In this document: in pieces, positions 51,013-63,355 of the stretch
Position numbering within the stretch: the first letter of the stretch is position 1
How the letters are laid out: every line of letters starts with the position of its first letter
Origin: Malacoraja senta
Lineage: Eukaryota
Length of the DNA: 64,000 bases
Direction: 5' to 3'
Assembly: GCA_038087875.1 (NCBI GenBank)
Contig: CM075994.1
Location: 6,512,001-6,576,000 of the forward strand
Position numbers and translations under genes: made by a program
Notes under the pieces: model-generated
The model's database searches: none
Told to the model about the DNA's origin: nothing
What the model saw: only the letters and a program-made list of their open reading frames with translations

Positions 51013-51789
51013 ACAGATACATTAAATACCCTGTTGTTGAATTTGGATAATTCGCACGACTAGTAACATTCACAAGAACCGAATAGAAAGATTGTGTTTA
51101 TTTGTGTTCTGTGCTTGGTGCTTCTAATACTCCAATTGAAATAACGCCAAATCTCTTTGGACAGTATAGCTTGCTTTTAAGCTCTGTGAATGTTCCAGCC
51201 TGCAAATTGATTCCTGCCCTTCAGTTGACATTAATGGCTGCACTTCAGAGACTTACGCCTTTAAAGCACTTTGGGGTCTCCTAAAAGAGATGCGAGGACA
51301 TTGTGCAAATGTAAACGGTTTGTTGCTGTACGCACTCGATCTTGGATGGGATATTCCATTTCCGATGCGCAAACAGGGGTAGTGGATAGACGAAGTATCC
51401 GATGGCTTCCGCGGGCTTGGAATGGACTTTGGTCACTCGGGTTTTCTCCAGACGACGAGTAAGCGAAGGGAAGAGTCGGGGCTCGAGCAGAGGAAACTGG
51501 CAGTGAGGGAGATGAAGCGTTAAAGCGGTGAACGAGAGCAGGAAGCAGCACCGATAGAGACATGATGTACCCGAGAGAGAGGTGACGGAGGGGTCTGGCG
51601 ACAACTGAAACAAGGAATGTTCTCCACATCCCAGAGAGAGGCAGAGCCTGAGCACAACGGGCTCCCACCTGGAACCGGGAATTCGGTTTGAACCCATTCT
51701 TCCAAAGATCCGTTCCGAAGAAAACAAATCTGTTGTGTGGAGAGCAAATGCTGCAAACACTCTCTGAAATGTTCAGAGTCGGCAGACTT

Positions 51790-52149
51790 GGGCGTTCATA
51801 TTTCCGACGATCAAAAAGGCAGCCAACATCATCAGAGACCTACACCATCCTGGCCACACATTCATCTCACCCCTGCCATCGGGAGGAAGGTACAGGAGCC
51901 TGGAAACCGTAACGTCCAGGTTCACGAACAGCTTCAGTGCTGCAGCCATCAGACTATTAAACAGTACAACCTCATAAGCTATGAACTACAATAGACTATT
52001 CTTATTATTATTATTGCACTGTTATTGTTAGTTCTATTTTTCTGAGTTTTTGTTATATTATTTATTATGTTTACATATTCTGTTGTGGTGCTGCAAGTAA
52101 GAATTTCATTGTTCTATCTGGGACATACGACAATAAAACACTCTTGACT
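51790..52149 (+). mobile_element. Rex1/Babar-like LINE 3' fragment
   Basis: IIRDLHHPGH...PLPSGGRYRSL...AIRLLN; absent from the paralogue near 6740. Confidence 0.75.
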
Positions 52150-52502
52150 AGGTCCCGGGGAGCCCGGACCTCGGGACCCGCCGCCCGCGGCTGCTGCTGA
52201 ACCCGCGGGGAGGGCGATTGTTTCAATCTTTATATTTTCACAAAAGTAATTTCTGTTCCATTGACGGACGCGGTTAACGCGTTAAAATGAACGGATCGAC
52301 AGACAGCTCTGATTTTAGTTGCTGTTTATTTCACTCTTCCCACATTTACATCCCCCTGGTTTTATTTCCGCGCCCACTGGGGTTTCACGGCTCGGAATTT
52401 GGGGATTAAATGGGAGCCGTTCAGCGCCGACCTGTTGTCCACCGGGTTTCTGCCCCACAGCCCCTGAGCCCCGCTCCTGACGCCGGTCCCGGGACCCAAC
52501 CC

Positions 52503-54422
52503 TTTTACACACCCGGAGCGGACCGGAGCAGATTTTCAGCCATTGATTTTCATGGCAAGTCGCGAAGTTAGGATAAAGTTGAGGGGGCGGGCGCAGTGGG
52601 ATTGGGGCGGGATTTTCAAAAGGGGAGGTGGGGTCGAGTGCGGACAGTGACAATGGACGAGAGATTGCGGCTGGCGTTGACAAACGAGGAGGTGTATTGA
52701 GAAGCTGGGGACCCTTCTTCAGAAATTCAATATTCCGATATATCTTGCTGGTTGATGGTGGTGGTGGTGGTGGGGGGTGGGTGGGTGGGGGGGGGGGATT
52801 GTAGGAAGGGGAGATTGATGCGAGTGGTAATTAGAGGTGGTTAAAGAGGAGGAAGAGTTATGGTGGAGTCACCATGATCATACTGAACGAGGGCGGAAAT
52901 GAGGGGCCAGGTGACCTGCTTCTGTTTTCTTGAGAGGCGGTGAAACAGAGGGAGGGGTGTGTGCGCCTGTCAGTTGTGTTCAGGGATCTCACATCTCCAG
53001 CTGCCTGTGTGAATGTGAAGCTTCCCAGCAGCTGTGTTTGCTACTGGAATAAAACGACAATCCCCTCAGCCGATAATTACACACAAGCTCTGCATCTACA
53101 CCTTACTCAGATGTGTCTGATAAATGAGGAGAAATAAATCTATGTCAGTTTTATTTAACAGAATGAATTGCAGATGCAAGTTTACTAAAGAGACAGAATG
53201 TGTTGAAGTAATTAACAGAGGCTCAGTCAGCATCTTTACAGAACATGGAATCGTTTTGTTTCAAAGAGAGACACAAAATGCTGGAGTAACTCAGGCAGCT
53301 TGTCTGGAGAGGAGGAATGGGTGACGTTTCGGGACGAGACCCTTCTTCAGACCAAAGTCAGGGGAGAGGGAGATGCCGAGATAAGGAAGTATAAGGTGTG
53401 AAAATGAGACAAAGGGGATGGAGATCAAGGAAGACGTAGAATAGATCATTGTTAGGGATGTAGAGACACAAAAAAGGAAAAGTTACTTGATATTAGAGAA
53501 GTCAATATTCATACCACTGTGGTGCAAGCTGCCCAAATGAAATATATAGTGCTGTTCTCTCTATTTGCGCTTGGCCTCACACTGACAATGGAGGTGGCCC
53601 AGGACATAAATATCAGTGTGAGAACGGGAGAGTTAAAGTGTTTAACAACCGGGAGATCAAGGCTGTTTAGGCAGACTAGGCGGAGGTGTTCAGCTAATCG
53701 ATCGCCGAGCCTTCGCGTGAGTGAGATGGGAAGTTGTGGCTAGTGGTGGGATTCCATCTCTACCCAAAGCAAGTGAGAGGCGGATACCAGCGAGAGGATT
53801 GTTTTCATAGGCCAATTGTTGGAATAATGCCAAGGATGAATAGACAAAAGGTGTGAGATAAGGATGGAAGGGGTGAGAATCGTGAAGCCAGAGGTAGGGA
53901 TATCTGTGGAGGTTGTGGTAGAGGGGAGAAATGGATACAAGTCCAGGTGAGGTACAGGAAAAGATGGTGGAGGGTGGGAGGTGGTCGAGAAGCTGCAGGA
54001 AGATGGGGTGGGGGAGGGTGGGAGAAGGTGTGTGTGTGTGTGTGTGTGGGGGGGGGGGGGGGGTGGAGATTATGTTAGTTTTAAAAAACCCAGAGTATTC
54101 TATATGTTTACCATCAGTTTGTAAGCTACTCCGCTTAATGGCATCAGATATTTCTGTTGTCATTGTGCTAAACACAAAGGGGTGATGGAACGTTTCAAAG
54201 GCCAGGGCAGCATCTGTCACTGATAATGATTCGGTATCAACACTCGCACTGCAAATAGTAAACACATGGTGATTAATTGAGCATGTAATTGTGGTTACAT
54301 TACAAATCCACACAGAGTTTCAGTCAAGGGTATGTCCTACCTGCTCTTCCGACCAGCTTCATCCTGAAATAAATAAAACACAAATCTGAATTCATTGAGA
54401 TAAAGGAAATGCAAAATGCTGG

Positions 54423-54453
<31 letters not shown>

Positions 54454-55819
54454 GCATATATATATATATAAAACACAAAGTGCCGGAACATGGCAGAATT
54501 TCATGAGGGTGTGGATTGGCGACGCTTCGGTTCGGCCCCCTCCGGTACATCATCGAGACCAAGCGTAGATTAAGTGACTTCAGATACAGATGAAACCCTT
54601 CTTCACCTGTATCCTTTACCTGTCATGAGGCTTTGTCAAACTCCATCGCTTTTTCAGCTCCCCACCCCTCCTAACAACAATCCGAAGAAGGGTCCCGACC
54701 CAAAACGTCACCCATCCAAAGTACCCACAGATGTTGCCGAACCCGCTGAGTTGCTCCAGCACTTGATTTTTTTCCCCCTGAATTTATTGGGACTGATGGT
54801 CCACATCACAACAGAAACAATTCCATAGACCTTTAGGAGCAGCTGAAAATTCCCATGTCCCACTTCATGAATTTTTATGGCTAATGAAAAGAAAATTAAT
54901 GGAATTTAATATTATCTTGATTAAAATGGGTGTGAGAGGTATGGGGAGAAAGCAGGAGAATGGGGATAGGACAGGTAGATTAGCCACGATTGAATGGCGG
55001 AGTAGACTAAATGGACTAATTCTGTTCCCATCACTTCTGAACTTATGAACTTATTATGGTCACGTGTACTGAGGTAAGGCGAAAAGCACTTGTTTGCATG
55101 CTATCCTGTCAAAGAAAAGACTGTACATGAATAAAAACAAGCCGTCCACAGTGTAGAGATAATGGATAAAGGGTATAACATGATTTAGTGCAAGATTAAA
55201 CATTGAAATATCAGATAATAAGAAAGTGAATTGAAGATAAAATATCAGGTGTACATTCAAAGGTTCCAATAGAGATTCAGTCAATATAACATAGAACCCT
55301 CTACCACAGGAGTGGTAATTTCATGGGAGATGGATGAAGGTGGATAACCACAAGAGATGTGGGAACTGTGGACACTGCTGGTGGATGTTGTGAGTGGGTG
55401 GGGAGAGGCTTGTGCAGAGCAGGAAAACTGACAGCAGTGGATGGGCCGAATGTCCATGATGTAGAGAGGGGCGGGATTCAATGTTGATCACAGATGCACA
55501 AAAAGCTGCATTATTTCAGAACAACGTCCCAACGTTTTGCTACTGTGCGCTTTCCTTTAAAGGAACCTGTGTTATGGCGCCTCACCTTCAGAAATAGCAC
55601 GCTGTCTTTTTGATCCATTCTTTCCTGTAACTCTACAAGCTCCTGCTGAACATCATTTAAATTGTTTTGAATCTCCGTCAGCTTTATCTTCATTTCATTT
55701 ACAATCTTCATCTTTTCTTCCTGCAGATCTCTGAGTAAGCGGTTTTCTTTCTCTGAGAGAATCTGGTGCAGTTTAACAAACCAGGCTTTGAAGTGAGACT
55801 TAAGGTTGCATGACTCTTC
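52503..55819 (-). pseudogene. TRIM copy D: exons 3 (55819-55586), 4 (54363-54341) and 5 (54248-54112) retained; exons 1-2 and most of PRY-SPRY deleted
   Basis: Only LYPNFATCHENQWLKICSG of SPRY remains (52503-52580), joined directly to intron 5 sequence. Confidence 0.88.
53323..53350 (-). ncRNA. Minimal hammerhead motif (core intact, one stem II mismatch), TRIM D intron 5
   Basis: CUGAAGAAGGGUCUCGUCCCGAAACGUC. Confidence 0.55.
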
Positions 55820-55964
55820 CTGTCAAATGAAAGATGAAGATTAATATATCACGTTGTTGTATTGTCTTGCCTTAAGACATGGATGGCGACCATTTCACTC
55901 AGCAATTTCATGGAGCACTGAAATAGGCCTTCGGTCAACCATGTCCAGGGTGGTCTTTGTACAT

Positions 55965-56107
55965 GTTTAAGAAGGAACTGCAGATGCTGGAAAGTCGAAG
56001 GTAGACAAAGGTGCTGGAGAAACTCAGCGGGTGTGGCAGCATCTATGGAGTGATGGAAATAGGCAATGTTTCAGGCCGAAACCTTCTTCAGACCTTTTGT
56101 CTACCTT
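55965..56107 (-). mobile_element. Penelope-derived mini-element with short 5' inversion
   Basis: TSD TGGTCTTTGTACAT at 55951-55964 and 56108-56121; empty in B and C. Confidence 0.82.
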
Positions 56108-56863
56108 TGGTCTTTGTACATATCTGCCTTGGTCCATTTTACCTGCATTTCACTTTGCACGTTTTGATTTTGCAATTGAAGGTCTCGACCCGAAACGTCG
56201 CCTATTTCCTTCGCTCCATAGATGCTGCCTCACCCGCTGAGTTTCTCCAGCATTTTTGTCTACCGTAGAGCTTAACGAGGTGATTTCTTATTTGTTGTTT
56301 GAGGAATATGATAATCCCATCAATCCCATTCTCCCAATTAAATGCCCTGCTGTCAATGCCCTTCTCGTGCCCATAATGTTCCCACTCATTTGCCCACGAC
56401 TAACTTTCACCAGGATAATTTACAGTCGCCGATTGACCACCAAACGGCGTGTCTTTGGGATATGGCAGGAATCGACGGGTTCACAGGGAGAATGCGTGAA
56501 CTGCACAGTGCGAACCCGATATCACGATAGAGCCAGGTCCCCACAAGCAGGAACAGAAGCACTACTTCGTGTCACAGAGTTATACACCACAGAAGCAGGC
56601 CGATCGGCCCAGCATGTCAGTGCCGACCAATATGCCGCAGCTAAATATTTCCATCTGGCCCAGAGCTCCCCAAACCTTGCCTATCCATGAATCTGCCCAA
56701 ATGTCTTTTAATTATTGCTATGGTTTCAAATTCAACTATCTCCTCTGGCAGCTCGTTCCATTTACCCACTACACTCTGCGTGAAAAGGTTATCCTCAGGT
56801 TCGTATTAAGTCTTTCCCCTCTCACCTTTAATCTGCCCGGGGTTTCTACTACCTTTATAAGGG

Positions 56864-57592
56864 CGATAATATCCTGGTTAATAATGGAATATTTTATGTA
56901 TTTTATTAAGTAAAGATTAATTTAACTTCTTTGTGTTTTGGGGTTCTGAGTAAATGAAAGCTTTGAAATTTGGGTTCTGTAGAAGGGCTGGGTAATCAGG
57001 AAATCGGAGGTCAGCATTCAAACTGCATGCCAGCTGCTTCCTGTTGTGCCCAAGCAAAAGATATTGACAATGGTGAGAGGGGATGTCCTTCCTGAGAAGG
57101 TTCTGGCTTCTGTAAACGGAAGCCTTAAGAGAGGATAAGCTTTCTGAAACGTTGGAAGTTTCTGTATACTGAAACTTCTGTGGGCAATTGATAAAGATCC
57201 TTACATTGTTTAAGAAGGTACTGCAGATGATAGACCTTTGACTAACTTCCTGTTATTTGGGGGTTTGTAACTAAAGTTTGTGATCAATATAACCATAGCA
57301 TGAGAAGTATTGTATTAGTGACAAGCATGCTTTGAATGGGTAGAGCTGTGATTGATATGTTAGACGTCATTGCTACAACTCTGTATAAACATGTGACTAT
57401 GTTTCCGAAATACTATAAAAGATGCTGTATGTCTTCATTCATTAGAGTGACGGCCTAGGAGGAGTTAAGTATCTACTGTATGCTTGACTTTGTATCTCCT
57501 AGCACTCTTGCTGGCTAAATGATCATTAAAGCTTGTATTGGTTTTACCTAACTTATTGTAAGTTGTCTGTTTTAAGAAAATGAACCTTAACA
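56864..57592 (+). mobile_element. Probable solo LTR (729 bp)
   Basis: 4-bp TSD AGGG; ends CG..CA (TG..CA expected); TATAAAA at 57414, ATTAAA at 57525; absent from B and C. Confidence 0.7.
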
Positions 57593-57754
57593 AGGGTAAT
57601 CGATTCTGTCCCTTGGCCATAACTATTTCCCTCATGACCACAATACCGCCACACTACCGTAACATCTCTGTAATCTCCCTGCGCCCCAAGAAGTAAAGTT
57701 ATTGCCTACCCAATCTCAAGTAGACAAAAAATGCTGGAGAAACTCAGCAGGTTA

Positions 57755-58116
57755 AGGGCCTGTCCCACTTATGTGACCTTTACAGATGACTGTCGGCACA
57801 CGTCATAGGTCGCCGAAATTTTCAACATGTTGGAAATTCAGCGGCGACCAGAAAGCCGCTACGACTCCTTGGAGACCTCTCACAACCATGGGCTATATTA
57901 TCGTGAGAGGTCTCCTATGGTCCTGAGAGGTCACCCGCAACATGTCGCCAGTGAGTCGCCTGTATGGTCGTGATAGGTCTCCAATGGTCGTGAGATGTCT
58001 CCAAAGAGTCGTGGCGTCTTTCTGGTCGCCGCTGAATTTTCAACATGTGAAAATTTTGGCGACCTATTTTGGTGCCGGCTGTCGCCTGTGAAGGTCGCGT
58101 AAGTGGGACAGGCCCT
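57755..58116. mobile_element. Palindromic PIF/Harbinger-like MITE inside a Penelope mini-element (about 57718-58190)
   Basis: TIR AGGGCCTGTCCCACTTA; 3-bp TNA flanks (TTA/TCA). Confidence 0.8.
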
Positions 58117-58148
58117 TCAGGCAGCATCTATGGAGAAAAGGAGTAGGC

Positions 58149-58176
58149 GACGTTTCGGATCGAGACCCTTCTTCAG
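58149..58176 (-). ncRNA. Minimal type I hammerhead ribozyme motif
   Basis: CUGAAGAAGGGUCUCGAUCCGAAACGUC. Confidence 0.6.
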
Positions 58177-60539
58177 ACTGATGTGGGGGGTTAAAGAGGG
58201 CTGGCCTATTGTTACATGGGCCGCAGAACCGGGGATGGGGGGGGGGGGGGGTTCACTTCTTTATTCACTTAAAAAAAAGCATCATTTTTTTAGCGATGTT
58301 TCCCCCAGGAGTTTGCGGCCAGCCCAGCGGATGTACTTTAGTGACCGACAGGAAGCACCAACCTCACCCGTAACACACAGGGAGGGAGGGGGGGGGGTCA
58401 GCAACTCACCGCGATAGGGGCGGGTGAACGTGAAGGTAGGAGGGGGGGGGGTGGAGGGAGAGTGGAGGCTTCCCACACTCACACACGGAGCCGTGTAGAA
58501 ACTATGCGACGGGAGGAGGGGCCCAGGCTCTGAGGGCACGTGAAGGGGTCGGACTAATGGAGAACGCTGCTGAACAACCCCACCTTCCTGCTCCTATTTA
58601 TAGAGGAATCAGGGACAAAAACACAGAGAGCTGCCATGTCCAACACTTGCTAACCCAGGATAGATTCCAGGGTCAGCTCTGGTCTCACACCAAGTAGGAT
58701 GTCAAGAGTTCGTCGGGAAGCCAGAATGGGTGAGCAATGAAATGTCTCAGTCATGTGTAGACTCTCGGGCTATTTACGTTGCAGGGGAGGGGAGTATGAG
58801 ACCCTTCACAAAGAGGGCTGAGCCTAGCACTGAAGAGGAAACCTTGTAATAGTCTGGCAAGGCAATAGGGGAGATAGACACAAAATGCTGGAGTAACTCG
58901 GTAAGGCAGCATCTCTGGAGAAAATGAATGGGTGACGTATCGTTTCGGGTCAGGACCCTTCTTCAGAGATGCTGCCTGATCCACTGAGTTACTCAAGCAT
59001 GTTCTTTCTATTTTCGGTATAAACCAGCATCTGCAGTTCCTTCCTACACAAGGTAAAAGGGGACTACGGATGGTGCTTGGGACCAATAGACGGGCTAGGC
59101 TCAATGGGCCAAATGGCCGCCATCCACTGCACCCATCGACTCCAGCAGCAATATTGGTGCCAACTCCACACCTCCCTTCATGCCAACATCTCCAGCGCAA
59201 CACAACCCCTCTTGCCCAACACCACCCTCCCGCCCCATCACCCCTCTCTACCCCCACCCCCACCACGGCGTACCCCACCCACCCGGGACGCTCTGACCTC
59301 CCTCTGGTCATGGGGTACTACGTGTGCCACCCCGTCTCACTGAACCCGAGCCCCGCCGTCACCCCATCCATAATCACCTGCTCCTATCTTTCACGTAGGT
59401 CCTACATTATCTTAAAAATACTTCAAACAAAAAACATTGAAATCATACTTCTACAATGCACTAAAACATGATTGCCTCTCATGTTTTCAGTGTGAATGTG
59501 TCCTGGCCACTTCCAACTAATCACACGAGGGAAGGGTCAGTTAGACATCAAACTGGCCTGAATATAGACGAAAGCTAAGAAATGGCCTGGGAAAGGCAGG
59601 ATAGAAAGGGACGGAGCGCGGCGATTCGGAAGCCTCGGGTGTAACCTGAGGAGATCTTGCAGCTGTTGGGCAGTGGAACCCGCCGCCCGCATCTCCGTTC
59701 ACAGCCCGGGATCAGGATGGACGGAGACCTCCCGCCGCCTTTATTTTAATCCACAACAATGCACCTGTCTCTCAGTCAGCAGACTTCGGGGCAATCTATG
59801 TTTACGTAAAGGATATTATATGACCCTCTAACATTTATTGCAGTTTGCAAAGGTTAACTTTGTCTGCTGATCAGTTAAGTTTAATTTAGAGATACAGCAC
59901 GAAAACAGGCCCTTCGGCCCACCGAGTCCGCACCGACCAGCGATCCCCGCAGATTAACACTATCCTACACACACTAGCGACAATTTTACACATACACCAA
60001 GCCAATTAAGCGACATACCTGTACGTCTTTGGAAGATCTCGGAGAAACCCACGGGTCTCGGGGTGAAGGTACAAAGTCCGTACAGACAGCACCCGTAGTC
60101 GGGATCGAACCCGGGTTTCTGGTGCTGCAAGCTCTGCAAGGCAGCAACTCTACCGCTGCGCCACCGTGGGATCAGTGAGAGTGGAACACCGAACACTCAG
60201 ATTCGAAAGGCCAATTGGCGGCATTTCCTCCGCCCCCGCAGGTCATTCTTCCCGCTAACGCTTCCGAGATGGCGCCCAGCCAAGCCGGCTATTTGCGTGC
60301 GATGCAGATCTACAATCACACAATACAATCGCCCCACTCTTAAATCTCTACTCCCACCTCAACATTTCTCACTTTCACTATGATCGGACTTTGCTGGCTT
60401 AACCTTGCACGAAACGTTATCCCATCATCGTAATGTAAATGGCTCGATTATAATCATGTATTGTCTTTCTGCTGACTGTATTTCACTGTACCTCGATACA
60501 CGTGACAATAAACTAAACTGAAAAGCCTTATTCCCCTTA

Positions 60540-61110
60540 GATAGGCACAAAATGCTGAAGTAACTCGGCGGGACAGGCTACATATCTGGAGAGGAGGAAT
60601 GGGTGACGTTCGGGTCAAGGCCCTACTTCAGACAGTCTCGACCCGAAACGTCACCCTTTCCTCTCTCCAGAGATGCTCCCTGTCCCGCCGAGTTACTTCA
60701 CCATTTTGTGTCTATCTGCGGTTTAAACCAGCATCTGCAATTCTTCCTACACTCCGAGCCATATCCCCTTGTTGCTTCTCTCTTTCAGTTCTGTGCCCAT
60801 TTGAACCTCCTGATGATGTAGGAAAGAATTGCAGATGCTGGTTTAAATCGAAGATAGTCACAAAATGCTGGAGTAGCTCAGAAGGAGACAGCATCTCTGG
60901 AGAGGAGGAATGGCTGACGTTTCGGGTCGAGACCCTTCTTCGTACTCTTTCACTCATTTTTTCCTATAACTTTTTATATCACCGTCTATCTCCCGCTTCC
61001 CTTTCCCCTGACTCTCAGTCTGAAGAATGGTCTCGACCCGAAACGTCACCCACTCCTTCTGTGCAGAGATGCTGTCTGTCCCGCTGAGTTACTCCAGCTT
61101 TTTGTGACTA
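60540..61110. mobile_element. Cluster of Penelope-derived short repeats in inverted pairs
   Basis: Four partial or decayed hammerhead motifs (about 60604-60631 minus, 60635-60652 plus, 60916-60941 minus, 61020-61047 plus). Confidence 0.7.
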
Positions 61111-61247
61111 TGTCCTGATTTGTACTCTGAGCCTTCATTGACGAGGTTCTGGATTCCCGTTGCCATTACTGGCTGCACTTCAATGTGATTTGCGCAGGTA
61201 AAGCACTCTGTGGTCTCCGAAAACAGATGCAAAGACATTGTATAAAT

Positions 61248-62226
61248 GTTAAAGAAGGAACTGCAGATGCTGGAAAATCGAAGGTACACAAAAATGCTGG
61301 AGAAACTCAGCGGGTGCAGCAGCATCTATGGAGCGAAGGAAATAGGTAACGTTTCGGGCCGAAACCCTTCTTCAGACTGATAGGGGGTGGGGAGAAGAAA
61401 GGAAAAAGGAAAAGGCGGAGGAGCCCGAGGGCTGGGGGAGGGAGGAGACAACCAGATGGCTGATGAAGGGGAGGGGACAGCCAGGGCTAGCAGAATTGGG
61501 AGAATTCAACGTTCAGGCCACCAGGATGTAGACTGCCCAAACGGAATATGAGGTGCATTTCCTCCAATTTACGGTGTTGCTCGCTGTGGCCATGGAGGAG
61601 ACCCAGGACAGAGAGGTCAGATACGGAATGGGAGGGGGAGTTGAAGTGCTGAGCCACCGGGAGTTCAGGTTGGTTATTGCGGACCGACCGGAGGTGTTCG
61701 GCGAAACGATCGCCAAGCCTCCGCTTGGTCTCACCGATGTAGATCAGCTGGCATCTAGAGCAGCGAATGCAATAGATGAGGTTGGAGGAGATGCAGGTGA
61801 ACCTCTGTCGCACCTGGAACGACTGCTTGGGTTGGGTCCTTGAATGGAGTGGAGGGGGGAAGTGAAGGGACAAGTGTTGCATCTCTTGCGGTTGCAAGGG
61901 AAAGTACCAGGGGAGGGGGTGGTATGGGAGGGAAGGGAAGAATTGACAAGGGAGTTACGGAGGGAGCGGTCTTTGCGGAAGGCAGACATAGGGGGAGATG
62001 GGAAGATGTGGCGAGTGGTGGGGTCACGTTGGAGGTGGCGAAACTGACGGAGGATCACTTGTTGTATGTGACGGCTGGTGGGGTGAAAGGTGAGGACTAG
62101 GAGGACTCTGCCTTTGTTGTGAGTGGGGGGGTGGGGAGAGAGAGCAGTGTTGCGGGGTATGGCAGAGACCCTGGTGCGAGCCTCATCTATGGTGGAGGAG
62201 GGGAACCCCCGTTCCCTGAAGAATGA
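61248..62226 (-). mobile_element. 5'-truncated Penelope-like element: RT thumb/linker, GIY-YIG endonuclease, 3' repeat with hammerhead
   Basis: FFRERGFP..LTFHP..FPCNRKRCNTC; NLIYCIRCSRCQLIYIGETKRRLGDRFAEH..GGLN; one frameshift. Confidence 0.92.
61348..61375 (-). ncRNA. Minimal type I hammerhead ribozyme motif downstream of the Penelope ORF
   Basis: CUGAAGAAGGGUUUCGGCCCGAAACGUU, about 110 nt after the stop. Confidence 0.75.
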
Positions 62227-63355
62227 TAATGTTAGCGGGTTGCGACGTTGCAATCCTGAGAACAAAATGCTGCACATTGTAACTGTCCCTTCCCCCTATC
62301 TATTGTACTTGAGTTTGACGATGGTATTTATCTTTGGTGTTATCTAATTTGACTGGATAGTATGCATAATAAAACCTTTGTACACGTGAAAATAATAAAC
62401 CTAAACCAGTTTGGGACTGGAGATACCGCTGCAGGTGGGACCGGGTGGTAGGGGAGGGCTGGGGGATTCGTTCGGGGTGGTAGGGGAGGGCTTGGTGCTT
62501 GTGTTCGTCCCCCGTGCTGTCCGTGATCCGGAGGGCCGCCTAGTACTGATGGTTGCCTCACGCGCTGAGACGTTTTGGAAATTCCGCAAAGTAAGTAACA
62601 TATCTGGAATATAAATCGATAACGATTTATCTAGGAAGCGTGCATCTTATTTAGTCGATAAATTCACTGCACTGCCCCATCACAAATGGCTGGCGGTGTT
62701 TCAGTGATTACACCAGCAGCCAGGCAGCGAGATCCAACCACGTGGGATCTGCCTGTGTGGACTTTGTTCATTCAACCCGTCCCCACGTGCTTTTCCCGCG
62801 GGTGCTCCGGTTTCTTGTCACTTCCAGACGAATTGGCTGCTTGTTGTGACCTCAGCGTAGGTTAGTGTGGGGGTGGAGGGAAGGGGGAAGGGGGAATAGG
62901 GTAGGGTAGGGTGATGGGGAGGTGATGGTACGAGTGCGAGAAATGAGTGCAGGCAGTGGGGCGGATGGGAAGACAGTGAGTGGCGGCTGAGAGTTGAGAC
63001 ACAAGAGCCAGGAGTTGCTGGAATCTCGAACAAAAAAAAAATTGCCGGTCGACTCAACGCGTCAGGCAGCATCTATGGAGGAGCATGGATGTTTCACGGT
63101 TCGACTCATGATCCTCAGACGTGATGGACGATTGGCTTCTTATATTTTAAATCGTGCGTAAAAAAGGACGAGCCTTCACAGAATTACTTTCAGAACTTGA
63201 ATTTCCCCTTGAACCGTGCGGCCGCTGTTATGACTTGGTACAGCTTGATTGTGCTCGTATACAGTATAATTTGAATGGATAGCGCGCAAACAAAGCTTTT
63301 CACTGTACCGCGGTGCACGTGAAACAATAAACGAAACGAAACCAATACCACCACC

